A stretch of DNA of 57,801 nt, counting the filler, from Platydemus manokwari (Eukaryota), in NCBI GenBank assembly GCA_037951405.1. It is 3 parts of 3 records of this genome, joined end to end, with 100 filler letters (N's around TTAATTAATTAA, not from the genome) between each part and the next. Parts side by side here need not be neighbours in the genome. Positions count along the whole stretch, not along the records: positions 13,503 to 27,755 come from JBBMOY011496972.1; positions 27,856 to 57,801 come from JBBMOY011433643.1; 1 more part is not named here. One strand, 5' to 3'. A program made the position numbers and the translations under genes. Numbering within the stretch: position 1 is the stretch's first letter; each line of letters starts with the position of its first letter. The notes under the pieces are model-generated. The model was not told where the DNA came from. It made no database searches and saw nothing but the letters and a program-made list of their open reading frames with translations. Of the stretch, positions 16,901 through 29,169 are shown piece after piece.

Positions 16901-19900
16901 TCAATAACGGAAGTACTGAACTGCCAAGATACCGATTCAAAGCCAAAGCAAAATCACTATCTCCAGAAGAACCCTAAAAGGAACTGCATTGATTTATGTT
17001 GGTCGAATAAAATATACTAACCATATCCAGAACAGTTGCTGCTCTCATATCAGTTAGAAATGCATTCTCCAATAATCTGAGAAAAGTGTCGCAATCTTGG
17101 ATGCCATATACTCTTTCTAAAAATAACACAACAGATGCTTTATGTTCAGGCAGAAGACCGGGTGGCATTCCAGCTTTGTCTTTCCATTCTTCTTCACCAT
17201 CTTCGTTCACCTAGTATTTATTAATAATACCAAATCGACTATGGAAAATATTTTCACTGTTAAATCCATTTGAGGAGCTGGCAAAATAAATCTTAAGGCC
17301 AATACTCCTTCTAAATCTTCCATGCTGACTAGAGATTGCAATATTGCTCGAACTCTGATTGAACTGCTTTTGGATGTATCATGTTCTGGAGCACATCGGC
17401 CCAATAGATCCACTAAGACAGAGTAGAATGTTAGAATTGCTGCTCCAAGATCGATGTAATCAGAATCGTCTTCAGGCTAAAAAATAATAAAAATTTACTA
17501 GCAAATAAATGCATAATGTTTAATTTTAATTTATTACAGATAAATTAAACCAATCAATGGAATATCTTATCAATGTAAGTAACCGTTAAATAGTATCGTT
17601 AATGAAACTGTTAAAAGATAAGATTACTGTAATTGATTAAATTTAACTCATCCATATATTAATTTTTTTATTTATGCTTCCCTGCATACATTTTAAAATT
17701 AGAACCAATAAATTTACGCTTTAATTTCATATTAATTATAATTAAATTTTTATATAATTAATTCAATCTTTTTATTCATTTGCTTAACTATAAAGCAATT
17801 TTTTAGCAATTTATATTCGGTTGAAAACAATGTTTTAGAATGAATGATAAATTAAACTTTATGTGGTCTACAAATAAACAATTTGTGTATGATGCTCTTT
17901 CTGATAATCGGTAATACTTTCTTATTATTTTGGTATCAATATTCGAAACTGTTATTTTATTAATTTTGATATTATTAGTTTTATAAAAGACATAAGAATT
18001 TTGTCTATTTAATCATTAGAAATCTTAACTGTATCTGAAAGGACCTGGATTCTACCTTTTTATAATTGAGTCATGGATTGATTCGAAGTCACACAACTTG
18101 CTCAATGACACAGGTGCATTTTTATACCAAAAACATCTTTAAATTGTTTCAGTCTTAGATTTCAGAAGAATGTGACTGATAATAGCAACATATATGAAGG
18201 AGAAGATTCTATTTATAAACGACTTGGTACTTTTATTTAAACAAATATTTTACTTATTAAAACAGAGAAAATATTGTTATATAAAGCTCAAACAAAAATA
18301 TATTTGTGGTTCTACAAGCATTCCAGATTGTATATCTCTAATATAAAGGACTCATCAAAAGTCAATAGAAATGATACTGCTACACGAAATTATTATTTTC
18401 TAGAGTTGTACTAGTTGAGTAAGATTTATTTTAAGATGTGAGTGCTAAATTTTTAGCTCGACTAATTTATAATAGATAAGTCTAACCGGGAGATTGTGAA
18501 AATTATATGGTAATTCTGCAAAAAGATTTGCATCTTCATAATCTCCAAATATCATAGGCAATGTCTTTTGTTGGGGATTATCATCAGCACTGATTCCAAA
18601 CTCTGCTTCCTGAGCTAACTTGTGAAGCTTGATCTGTGCTGACATGACGATTCCTTCTTTCATTGCTTTCAACAAACCTCCACCGCTGCTGATATGACTA
18701 GGCTTCGACGCTAATAATTTGATATAATGTAATTAAATTAAACTGAAGAAAATAAATAAATTATACATTGGTATTGTTTGTTTGTATTAAATTCTAAGGT
18801 ATTGCCACCAGTATTTTCATTGGGTGTCTCCGTATGACCAGTAACAAACATTACATTACCTTCTTTGGGATTTGGACCGGTATCAGTACGAGTTGCTGTA
18901 CCACTGCTTCCTTTAAGAGCCGGTCCCAGACATTCTGGACGTCTTATCAAAAGCCTGACAACCAAATTAGCATTCTCTTCCATACTTTCACCTAAAGAAT
19001 AATTAAGAGTATCAATTATGGGTCCAGTAAATTTTCACCATTGACCCAAACAGTAAATCTCAAAAAATCTAGAAAACGTTCAGCTTCAACTGGATCCCAG
19101 CCAATATCAGGATAACCTTTACTTAATAACTCAGCATTGGACTGGACACCACTTCTTGATAAATATATTGCCACCTGAATATTAAAAAAACATTGCCTAA
19201 ATAATTAGGATTAAATGACTTCACTTTCTCCAATTGTTTTTCTCGGATTGCCAATGCAAGTTCGTTATTATCCATCAAAGACGAGTATGCAACATCAAGT
19301 GGGCAAGTTCCTCTTAAGCTTGGGCGAGCTAATTAAAAGTCAGAAATATAAACGAACCACCATCAATTATATAATAAAACCTAGCAGCATTGATGAATTT
19401 TCAAGCATGTAGCTCAAATGTTCAAACATTGTTTTTTGATTCTCACTACTAGTTCGACAGAAATAACAAAGGAATCTGCAGCATTGCACAACCATTTCAG
19501 CTGGTCCATCAGTTTTCTTTTTATGTACTTCGATGGCTTTATTTAAAATATAGTCAATCATTTGCTTTTTTCATAATGATTAAATACTTTCTTCAGGTAA
19601 TGCCGGCATACTAGACTGGTTGGGAATTAATATCGTTTGACCACTAGCACCCGTCTGTTCATGATGATTGATAGCGGATGTATCAAAACCAATTTGAATA
19701 CTGGCTCTACTATCGGACTGGCCTATTTTAGATCTTGTTAATGTATGGACCATTAGTTGCATGACAGTTTCGTGAACTGCTAAACGACGAGTTAGATTTG
19801 GATGTTGAAAGAAAACTTTATTATTCATTATATCCCTAAATAAAGAAATTATTATTTATTTATTCATTTTTTTATATTAATTAATTCTACATGTTTTATC

Positions 19901-19955
19901 CATCCATAATTGCAGTAGTTAATTGTCTTTATATTTATCATTTGACTATTGAAAA

Positions 19956-20009
<54 letters not shown>

Positions 20010-23000
20010 TTATCTACATTATATCTACAATGTAATAATGATATTCTGATGATTTAATTATAGGATGATAATTATCATTACCAAAGACAGTTTTTCAACA
20101 GCATCTCTTCTGCTTCACCAACTTGAACTCCCAATAAACATCTTACTCTACCCAATGACCGCAACAACTGAGTTACGTCATCTTTAGATTGAAAACTGAT
20201 GACGTAAGTCTTTAATAAAGCATTTTGAATCTGGAAAATCAATGAAATCATTTTGATGAAATATAATTAATTAATAACCTCTCCCAGAACATTGTATTGT
20301 CGATATAATAAGCTGAACATTTCTCTGATCAAATCAATGTTTTCAATGAATGATGATTTCGCCCATGAAATTAGTGTATCTTTTATAACTTGAGATAGAT
20401 TTTCTGAATTAAAAATTATAACAATAAAATAATTTTATAACACATACAGATATTTTATAATGATTATTTTTGAAAAGACTTTCGTTGTTGATAAAAATAC
20501 AAAAAATCAGCCCGCATTGGTGCTGTGGGTACCAATAAAGAGTTTTGGACCTCTATTTGTATATTGATGCACACAAAATGATTTGGTAATTTAGATCGGT
20601 AAAAATTGTATTTATAGGTCTGTCTTTATGCTTTCCTTATTCTACAAATTATTTAAAGAGCCTCTTATGATTTTGCTATTTTGATATATCCTCTTATTGA
20701 CCCATGAGAGTACTTGTTGAATGGTATATGGATGTTGTTAATTTCTCGTAATTCAATGAAATAGACTGGTTTAAATGATAGAAGCTTTTTAAATTTATTT
20801 CCTCGCCATACTCAGTATTGAATAGTTTAATTTACTGCAATGTGATAAGAAATTAATCAAAATTATGGTAAGCTTATAATTCCACGGTAACACAAGATTA
20901 CTGAAAAATATCAAATAAGCCACTCGGAACCACTTTCAGATATTTTCATTTGTATATTTATTAATTTTATTATAATATTAATTGGTGTAGATTTAAATGA
21001 ATTTTCAGCCTAATTTAGTTTAAGAATCAATCTAATCCCCAATTTAAATTTTCGTCAAAATTAAATCCTTTTCTATTAAAAATTCAATGAAATTCAAATT
21101 AATCGCTATTGATATTTTCTATCTCATATTTGGATAAATAATTTCATGTAATTTAAATATTATTTTATTGAATTAGATTTTTATACAATCGATTTAAAAT
21201 ATATCGATAATTGATTATTAATTATATATTATGTTAATAAAAATATTAATTGAACTGAGATTCTTTTTTCTTAATTTCTGTCGATTACATAAATTATATA
21301 ATGAAGACAGACTATATATAATTATATATATATATATAGTAAATTAGAAAAATAGTGAAGACCTCATTTGTAAGATATTTATTATTGATATTCTAAAGTT
21401 TCTATTTAGAATGAATCCTATAATATAAAAATAAGCGGTAAAATCAAACCATAAGACAGATACATGATTTCCAAAGAAATTGTCAAAAATTATTGGAGAG
21501 GATGTTGCTTTGACTAAATTCTCAAAACTGCGTCAATTTACTCATATACATACGTGATGATGAATATAATAATATTTAATGTCTATTTCTAATCAAATAA
21601 TTTCGAAAATATAAATATTTCTATTATTATTCGATCTTAGCTTTAAAATATAAATTTCGGATTATAAAAATCAATTTTGTGTTTACGTGAAAATCAATAT
21701 TTCGTTTATCTCCAGAATTATTAGTTATTCTGATAATGATATTAATTGCTTTCTTGAGATTAAATACAATATTAAATTGAGTTAGAATATTCAAACACAC
21801 ATGTGTGCGTCATATCATCGCATATATGTGTGTGTCATATAATCACATGTAGGTGTGTGTCAAGTCATCGCATGTGCAGCTCTGAGAAAGTAGTGGATTA
21901 AAATATCAATCAAATGACAAACATTACAAATCTGGTACCTTTCTATGATGCATAATTAACTGACAAGCATTGGAGAGATAATCACAAAAGGGTATCTTTT
22001 TTAGAATGATTTTATCAATTATTGAGTTTGTCGTTTTATTTCTCAATTGATTAATTGTAGCGATTTATTGTTTTAATCAAATAAAATTTATCAAACCAGT
22101 ATCAAATGACCTCATTTACAAATCTTAATTTAAATTTAGAGAATTATCTTACTATTTATGACTACTTTTGCAGTTTCTATGCACAATTTCGAAGTTTCTT
22201 TCGGTGTTGTTTTATCAAATAAATTCAAAATATTTTGCAGAAATTGTGGGACAGATTCACCCTCTTCAGGATGTCCAATACCCAATGGTAATAAGTGTAA
22301 GGATCGCGATCTTTTAGTTTTGGAACATTGATTGAGTAACTCCGTTAAATCTAAACCATCGGGTGGTTCAATTCCACAGTTATCCATTAATTTTCTATGA
22401 AATATATTGATTTTCTTCTGGAATAATAACGACACTTAATATCGTTTTTGTCTTTAAATAATCAACCTTGAGATCGTCGGCACAACACGACATTTCTTCC
22501 TTTTCTTCTGACACAGTTAAGAAAGAATAATGAAAATTGAGTATTCCAGCCATTTGGTCTTCCGGTGGACAACGAAATTCCTTAGTCATTTTAGCGGTAA
22601 CTGATGATGGTAAATCTGACTGTTTAATTTCCACATATCGTCTTAACTGATCCTGTAAAAGAATTTATCGTTGATTATAAGCTCAATGAAGCACATATTT
22701 TAGTTTTACATTTTGAATGTTGTTGACGAAATCATTAGATATTTGAACTATACATTCGACTCTGTTCCGAAGTTGAATGTCACAAAGACCATGTAAGAGA
22801 TGGCACAATTGTAATTTCACTGACTCTTGCAATGGCATATCAAGAATGCTACGAGTAACTTGGGGCACTTAATTTATTATTTATAATTTTATTGAATAGA
22901 AATTTAATTACTTCTAAGAGCAGGTTTTGACTTGAAGTTGACGCAATCTAGGACACTGAGGATGACATTGATATCGCTGGATGCCATCATACCCATTACA

Positions 23001-26000
23001 AGTAAGTGATCAACTACTCTTAATAAAGGTCTGCAATGAGAAATGAGATTAATAATATATAAGAATTCATTTGAAAAATTATATTTTAGGATATGTGAAT
23101 AGTAAGAGAATTGTAGATGTTTGTAGGTATTGATGATTACAAATAACGAGAATTTATTGATCGAACCATTGACAATTCTGCAAGAAGGAAAGAGATACAC
23201 AGGTTTTGCGATCTATTTAACTGGTAATTTGCACAATAGCAAATAAAGATCAACAACTATTTAATTCATATCCATTATAACTTACCCCAGATGTGTGAGT
23301 ATTCGGTGTAACTGAATTTCGGTTCCAGATCAGCATATTCCCCACAATAATTATGGTAATAATATTAAAGAAATTCAAGTAAATACTAATTTTAAAGCCA
23401 GGATATTATTTACCATAATTTAATATATTGATATAAAATAATAATTATTTCTGAAAATTATTTATACTAACACGAAAATGTTTTCAGGTGTTCCACCAAT
23501 AGGTTCAATAATTTGAGCACCTTTATTAACTGCATTCACTAATTCTTTGAGACTCATATTTTTTAATCTTTCATAATTAATTTCAGGACACATATCTAAT
23601 TTAGGAGAGATTTCTTCTCCATTTTCTCCTACCATCCTGCAACAATATAAATATAATGCAAATGTTCATTAGATATTATACTATACTTCAATGTGACATC
23701 ATCTGTAATTAGATTTGGATATATCGAAGAGCTCTCTATTTGAGAAGGTATTTTATGGAAATCGAAATCAATATCTTCCATTGATGAGCTAAAATCGAAA
23801 TCTTTAGATTGGTTGTGTGATTTTTGATAATTCTTTTCGGTAGCACGGTTTGAATTTTGTGAGCAATGGAGCGGGACAACAATTTCATTTTGAGTTTCCA
23901 GCTTGAGTCTGGAATGACTCTCCAGATGCATTGCAATTAACAGGTCAAAGAATTTTGATCTCAATTCGCCATGTAAATCTATTTGAATAAATGATTTTGA
24001 ATAACAATATTTTATGTTGAAAACTTACAATGATTCCGAATAATGTAGAAAAATTGATTTTCATCCATGTGTGTTGTAAGACTTTGTGCAACATTGTGGT
24101 TTCCATAGCAACATATGGTTTTATACAATTCCAAGGTTTCGCAATGAAATCTAAATGACAATATTAATAATATATGAATATAATTTTATATTGATGTGGT
24201 TGATAATCACAATAATCTCGCAGTAAAATCATTTAAATAATCATTATCAGGAAAATTAAAAATTTTATTTTAGGTAAATCATTAATTATTTAAAAAATAT
24301 TAAAAATCTAGAAATTCTATTTGATTGGCGTCGGTTAATTGATTTAGATAGATTTGTAATATTAATTGATTTATTTACAAGAAACCTTCTCAAACCAGAA
24401 ATTAAGAACAAATCAATTTGTGATGGTTTGGTTATGGTCATGAAAATAAATTTATACACTTTCGTCTATCCGTTCTACACAATTTGACTGGGCATGAAGG
24501 CAGGCATGCGTTTGATAAATTTTTTCTAAGAGAAGAGGTAATCAAAAAACATGCCATTAGTAATGTCTTGTTGAATTGTTTTCGAAACATTTACAGAACT
24601 TAAATCAAGCTTGTATTTAACTATTGTGTTTTTTGTGAGAATTTTACTTTAAAAGTAAAAGATTTTTGTTATAAGCATACAAATATTTAACCTTTTTTCA
24701 ATAAATTATCTGAACTGACTTCATGTGTTGAAATTGGTCAGGAAATATTTGAAATAGAATTATCAATATCAATGAACTCATAATTTGTGTTAGAAACTAA
24801 AGGAATTAATTATACAAGATAGAAGAACGTTTTCACTTTGTATTTCACAAGGTTAGATTTATTAATCTTTTAATTGAAAAGCAAACTTTAAAAGTTGAGG
24901 ATGTTCATCTAATTCGAGTATATCCAGACATCGGTCTTCCTCTGGAATATGAACAGCCATCATTTGAACTGCATCTTCATTGAGTAAACTCCAACCACGA
25001 ACTTCATTCAGTTTAAGAATGTGAATTTTGCTTTGTGTATTGACAACTCTTGACCAATGAGATTTCTGACAGATGATTTGATATGCATTTATCCTAACAT
25101 CATTGAACTCACTTCTAATGCTTGTAATTTCAATCTCGTGTGTAGAATAGGTGTAGCTCTTCTCGGACGCCTAAGCATTCCTGCAATAACTGGTAGAGTA
25201 TTTCTTGTCCTACCAAGCTCAAATGATGCAAATTCTCTGGCTGATGGTTTAACAAACATTGCCGGATATAAACTCGTCAGTGGAGCTACCTGAATGTAAT
25301 CAATGTTATTTGCTTTTACTTTATCAACCAATGTACACTGAAAATGCTCTAATCTATATTATTAGTTCTCAAATGCATAATGATATTTAGATGTGCTTCC
25401 AATTAGATTTAATTATTAATCGTTAATTATTTGATTATGTTAATAAATTACTTGAAATGAAATTGGCAATTCTCTGGAATTCAATTCGAATGTCAAGTTT
25501 CCGGTAGCATAATCAAGAAAACATCCAATGGTTACTCCGTGAGACATTTTCTTACCCATATCATCTTGAGTTCCAAAATTATTCAAGACATCAGCCACGT
25601 TAATGAGATACATGCAACTATCAACCACACTCGACTGAATAAATCAATATTTAGATATTTTTTGAGTTTCAAGAATTACTTTCAGAGACAGATCATTTTC
25701 CAATTGACAAATCGTAACATGTGGAACTTCCCAATCATTAGAATCTTTGATTTCACCTTTCGTTAATTGGTCGGTTGCAGATTTATCTTTGCACACTCTT
25801 GAATCGAATCTTGATTGATTGCCACTACATTGAACTAATATGGATCGAGATAATTTGAATGAAGATGTGACCCATCCAATATGAATCTGTTTTGTATCTT
25901 GTCCTGGTAAAACAACAACACTGAAGTAATACTGATCCATCAGCTCAACCAAGCTATTTTCTCGTAACTGCATTTCGGGCTAGATAAAAATATTTAATAA

Positions 26001-27268
26001 AACCTGTCCGTTGGTGGAACACAAATGCTATGATTAACTATTTGTTAAAAAATATATTTACTTGAATAGAAGAACTTATTTACATTGTCCAAATATATTG
26101 GAATTAAAATGATCAAAATCTTTTAAAATATTAGCTCGGTTTATCCAGTGAGAAGTTGTTTTCATTCAAATTTACTAATCATTGATAATTCCAATGATTA
26201 ATAGTATAAAACAATAATATTGGCAAATCTTTAAACATAAAATCAATTAGATTATTATCGAGGGTCTTATCATGATATGAAACTAGAATACAATTTTAAT
26301 GGGTTCTGCAATCATAATATTAGGCGATAGTGAATTGGATTTAAGTAGATTCAGAATTCTCCCGTGAAGGAATTGTGGATTCGAAGTTTTATCTGAAAGA
26401 ACTACGAAATCGGTCTATTATTGACTACCTGTTGACCTTGTCAATAATTCAGTTAAAATGATTTTCTCAATATTTACAAGTCTTTAATAAGTTCTTAATA
26501 AATATATCACAAAAAGTTTACCCAACAATATTGCCAGTTAATAATGTTCAATTCTTTCGCGAATTAGTTACAAAAACATAATAGTTTCTAATACTGTTAT
26601 TCAGATTCTTCACAAGAATAAAATGTCATACTTTTAGATATTAGCAACTTCTTAAACTTAAAAATTTTCAATAGATTTCCAAAACCGAATTTTATTGGGA
26701 ACTTCGAAACTTGTTTCAGAACAACTGAAAAAGACAGCCTTGTAAAATTCTGGCTTATCACTTTGTTATAAATGTCTTCAAATCAATTTGAATTTTATTC
26801 AATCCAACTGCTAGCATATATTTAAAATAATTTTTATCAAATCAATTATCGCCAGCAATGAAAGATTTCAAAACATTTTATCAAATCTCATATCGATGAT
26901 TTCAATAAACAATGGGTAATTTATATATCATCATTATATGTTCAGTGGAAATGAAATGATAGATTATTTTGGATAACTTATCCAACAATTTCATTTGGGT
27001 GGTTTATTCATTCATGGATTAATTTAAACAATGAATGATATAAACAAAGAAAATCCGATATATGAAAAGAAAATAATTAAATATCGAACATCACTAACCA
27101 ATAAATAATCATTTTCATCCATACCGCTTTTTGATACAGGAGTAGATCCTAATTCTGCAAGAGCTACAGAACTACTTCCAGCTCCGCTTAGACCAGATGT
27201 GCTTCCTACACCACCTGGTGTGATAATTCCAACATGATGCTTTTTTGATTTTGTAATTGTTCCTGATA
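13936..27268 (-). CDS. RyR: Ryanodine receptor, internal fragment (divergent region 2/SPRY3 through helical domain and RyR repeats 3-4), roughly 30 or more exons; N-terminus and channel domain absent
   Basis: Colinear RyR motifs: [152 protein letters not shown]; GT-AG junctions keep frame wherever checked. Confidence 0.97.
19956..20009. repeat. (ATT)18 microsatellite in RyR intron
   Basis: Perfect trinucleotide run. Confidence 0.97.
21801..21875. repeat. Minisatellite, 3 x 25 bp, in RyR intron
   Basis: Units ATGTGTGCGTCATATCATCGCATAT / ATGTGTGTGTCATATAATCACATGT / AGGTGTGTGTCAAGTCATCGCATGT. Confidence 0.9.
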
Positions 27269-27755
27269 CTGTAATACATGAAATGAAATTGGAATATGCA
27301 GAATAATCATTTTATAATTCACCATTGCTTCAAATACGAGAATTAGTTTTGTGAAACACGAGAAAGGTGTTGTGCGATAATTTATTCCATCAACATAAAT
27401 TAATATTTTCAAATAATGAATCCTTTGAATATTCCAAAAATTTTCAATGCATCTGTTTCAGTTCCCACATATTGTCAACATGTTTTATTTATCATTTTTA
27501 TTGATTTACAGTTAATTTTACAATACACGGTATTGCTCGAATAGATCAGATTTCAACCCATTACACATAACTATAGTTCATCTGATCATATTTATTCAAA
27601 AATACTGAATGTAATAAATATGGAAAATGAATACGACAACTGTTTTGGTAATATTGTTACAATTTTTCTTATTTAATGCCATTCTTTATCATTTTGAAAT
27701 TATTTAACAATAATTTTAAAATCTTCATAGCTACAGTTCTAATTACAATGATAAC

Positions 27756-27855
27756 NNNNNNNNNNNNNNNNNNNNNNNNNNNNNNNNNNNNNNNNNNNNT
27801 TAATTAATTAANNNNNNNNNNNNNNNNNNNNNNNNNNNNNNNNNNNNNNNNNNNN
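27756..27855. other. Artificial contig spacer N44-TTAATTAATTAA-N44
   Basis: Same 100-nt structure as 13403-13502. Confidence 0.95.
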
Positions 27856-28270
27856 TTTGGAAGAAGATTAGTGATCTGGTATATGATGGTCCACAATACA
27901 CAAAGATAGTCGATTTAGAGAATGGAATCATTAGAGCGATCAACCATATAAATTATTACGAAAGAAGTTTTGTTCAGAACCTATATCATGGTATCAGAAG
28001 CAGATTATGCCAGGTACTGACTAAAAAGGGAAATTTATTCAATAAACGTTTATAATGACAATAAATTATAGGTGTGTCAAAAATTATGATGTTTTTTATT
28101 GTGTTATAATATATATTTTTATGGTTATTTTTGTTTTAATTGATTAAGTTTCAAATTTTATAACATATATTCATTACATCTTAAACATCATACATCACAT
28201 CAAAACCCCACACAAAAAAAACAACCACCTCAAAAGCTATAAGGTGTGTCAAAAATTATGATGACCAGTA
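27856..28270 (+). mobile_element. 3' end of a Tc1-like (IS630-Tc1-mariner) transposon with IR-DR-type right end
   Basis: Open frame 27858-28055 WKKISDLVYDGPQYTKIVDLENGIIRAINHINYYERSFVQNLYHGIRSRLCQVLTKKGNLFNKRL* fits the Tc1 transposase C-terminus; 22-bp direct repeat AGGTGTGTCAAAAATTATGATG at 28070-28091 and 28242-28263; ends ..ACCAGTA then TA. Confidence 0.8.
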
Positions 28271-29169
28271 TATTTAACTAAATAGCTCGAATTTATACAT
28301 GCATCCAACGTTTCGGCATTGTGACAAGTCATATATTGCGGCTAGTAAATTTTCACAGTTGTCATCTAATTCCATCAATATGTTTAAGAAATATATTGAC
28401 AATAAATTACACTGTCAAATAGATATTCAGGCTCTAGCCCAAAAATATAAATTACTCCAAAAGAGGATATGTTCCTTGCAGGAATTTGTTTCTAATTATT
28501 GATGTCTGCTTAATAGTATCCATTTTGTAGAATAGATTGTGATACACTAATATAACTTGATTAATTTCAACTTATATATTACCTTCTTTGCTTTACTAGC
28601 GGTGGTACTGCTCTCTGACTAATTACCTTTAATACGAATATCAAATTATTACTTATATTTCAATATACTTTTGAGATAAATTAATCAGAATTTTGAAAAT
28701 AAAAATTTAAATTAAATGATGGAAACACAATAAAACATCTGTACTAAAATAGCCGTACTAAATGACACACAATTCATTATATAATAATTTGGAAATTTAA
28801 TTGAAGTTGATTAAGCTGAAAAATATTCTGATCAAATTTCACGGAAAAAGATAAATCGAATAAAAACAATTAATGAATTAAATTATCTCTCTTTGAAGAA
28901 GAAAAAATGAGTATTATATTTTATAATCTCGAGTTTGTCTTTATAAAAATTTAATATAATAAATAGAGATTAAACTAAGATTAAACTAAACACCATTTTA
29001 TAAAATATAATTTAACTCAGTAAAAACCAATAATACAAATTTGTTTTCTCAATTTATCTTTTAAAACTGTGTTTCGAAATCGACTATTAAATCAACGACG
29101 ATATCTAAAACCGATGTTTATGAATGAAAAAGGGAATTAAATTTACCTTCATCAAATAAAATATATTTT

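Noticed and set aside
23284-23350. Strong GTAAGT donor inside an RyR intron (minus strand)
   Set aside because: Flanking exons already join to give conserved ENIFVPLLRVV; no convincing acceptor.
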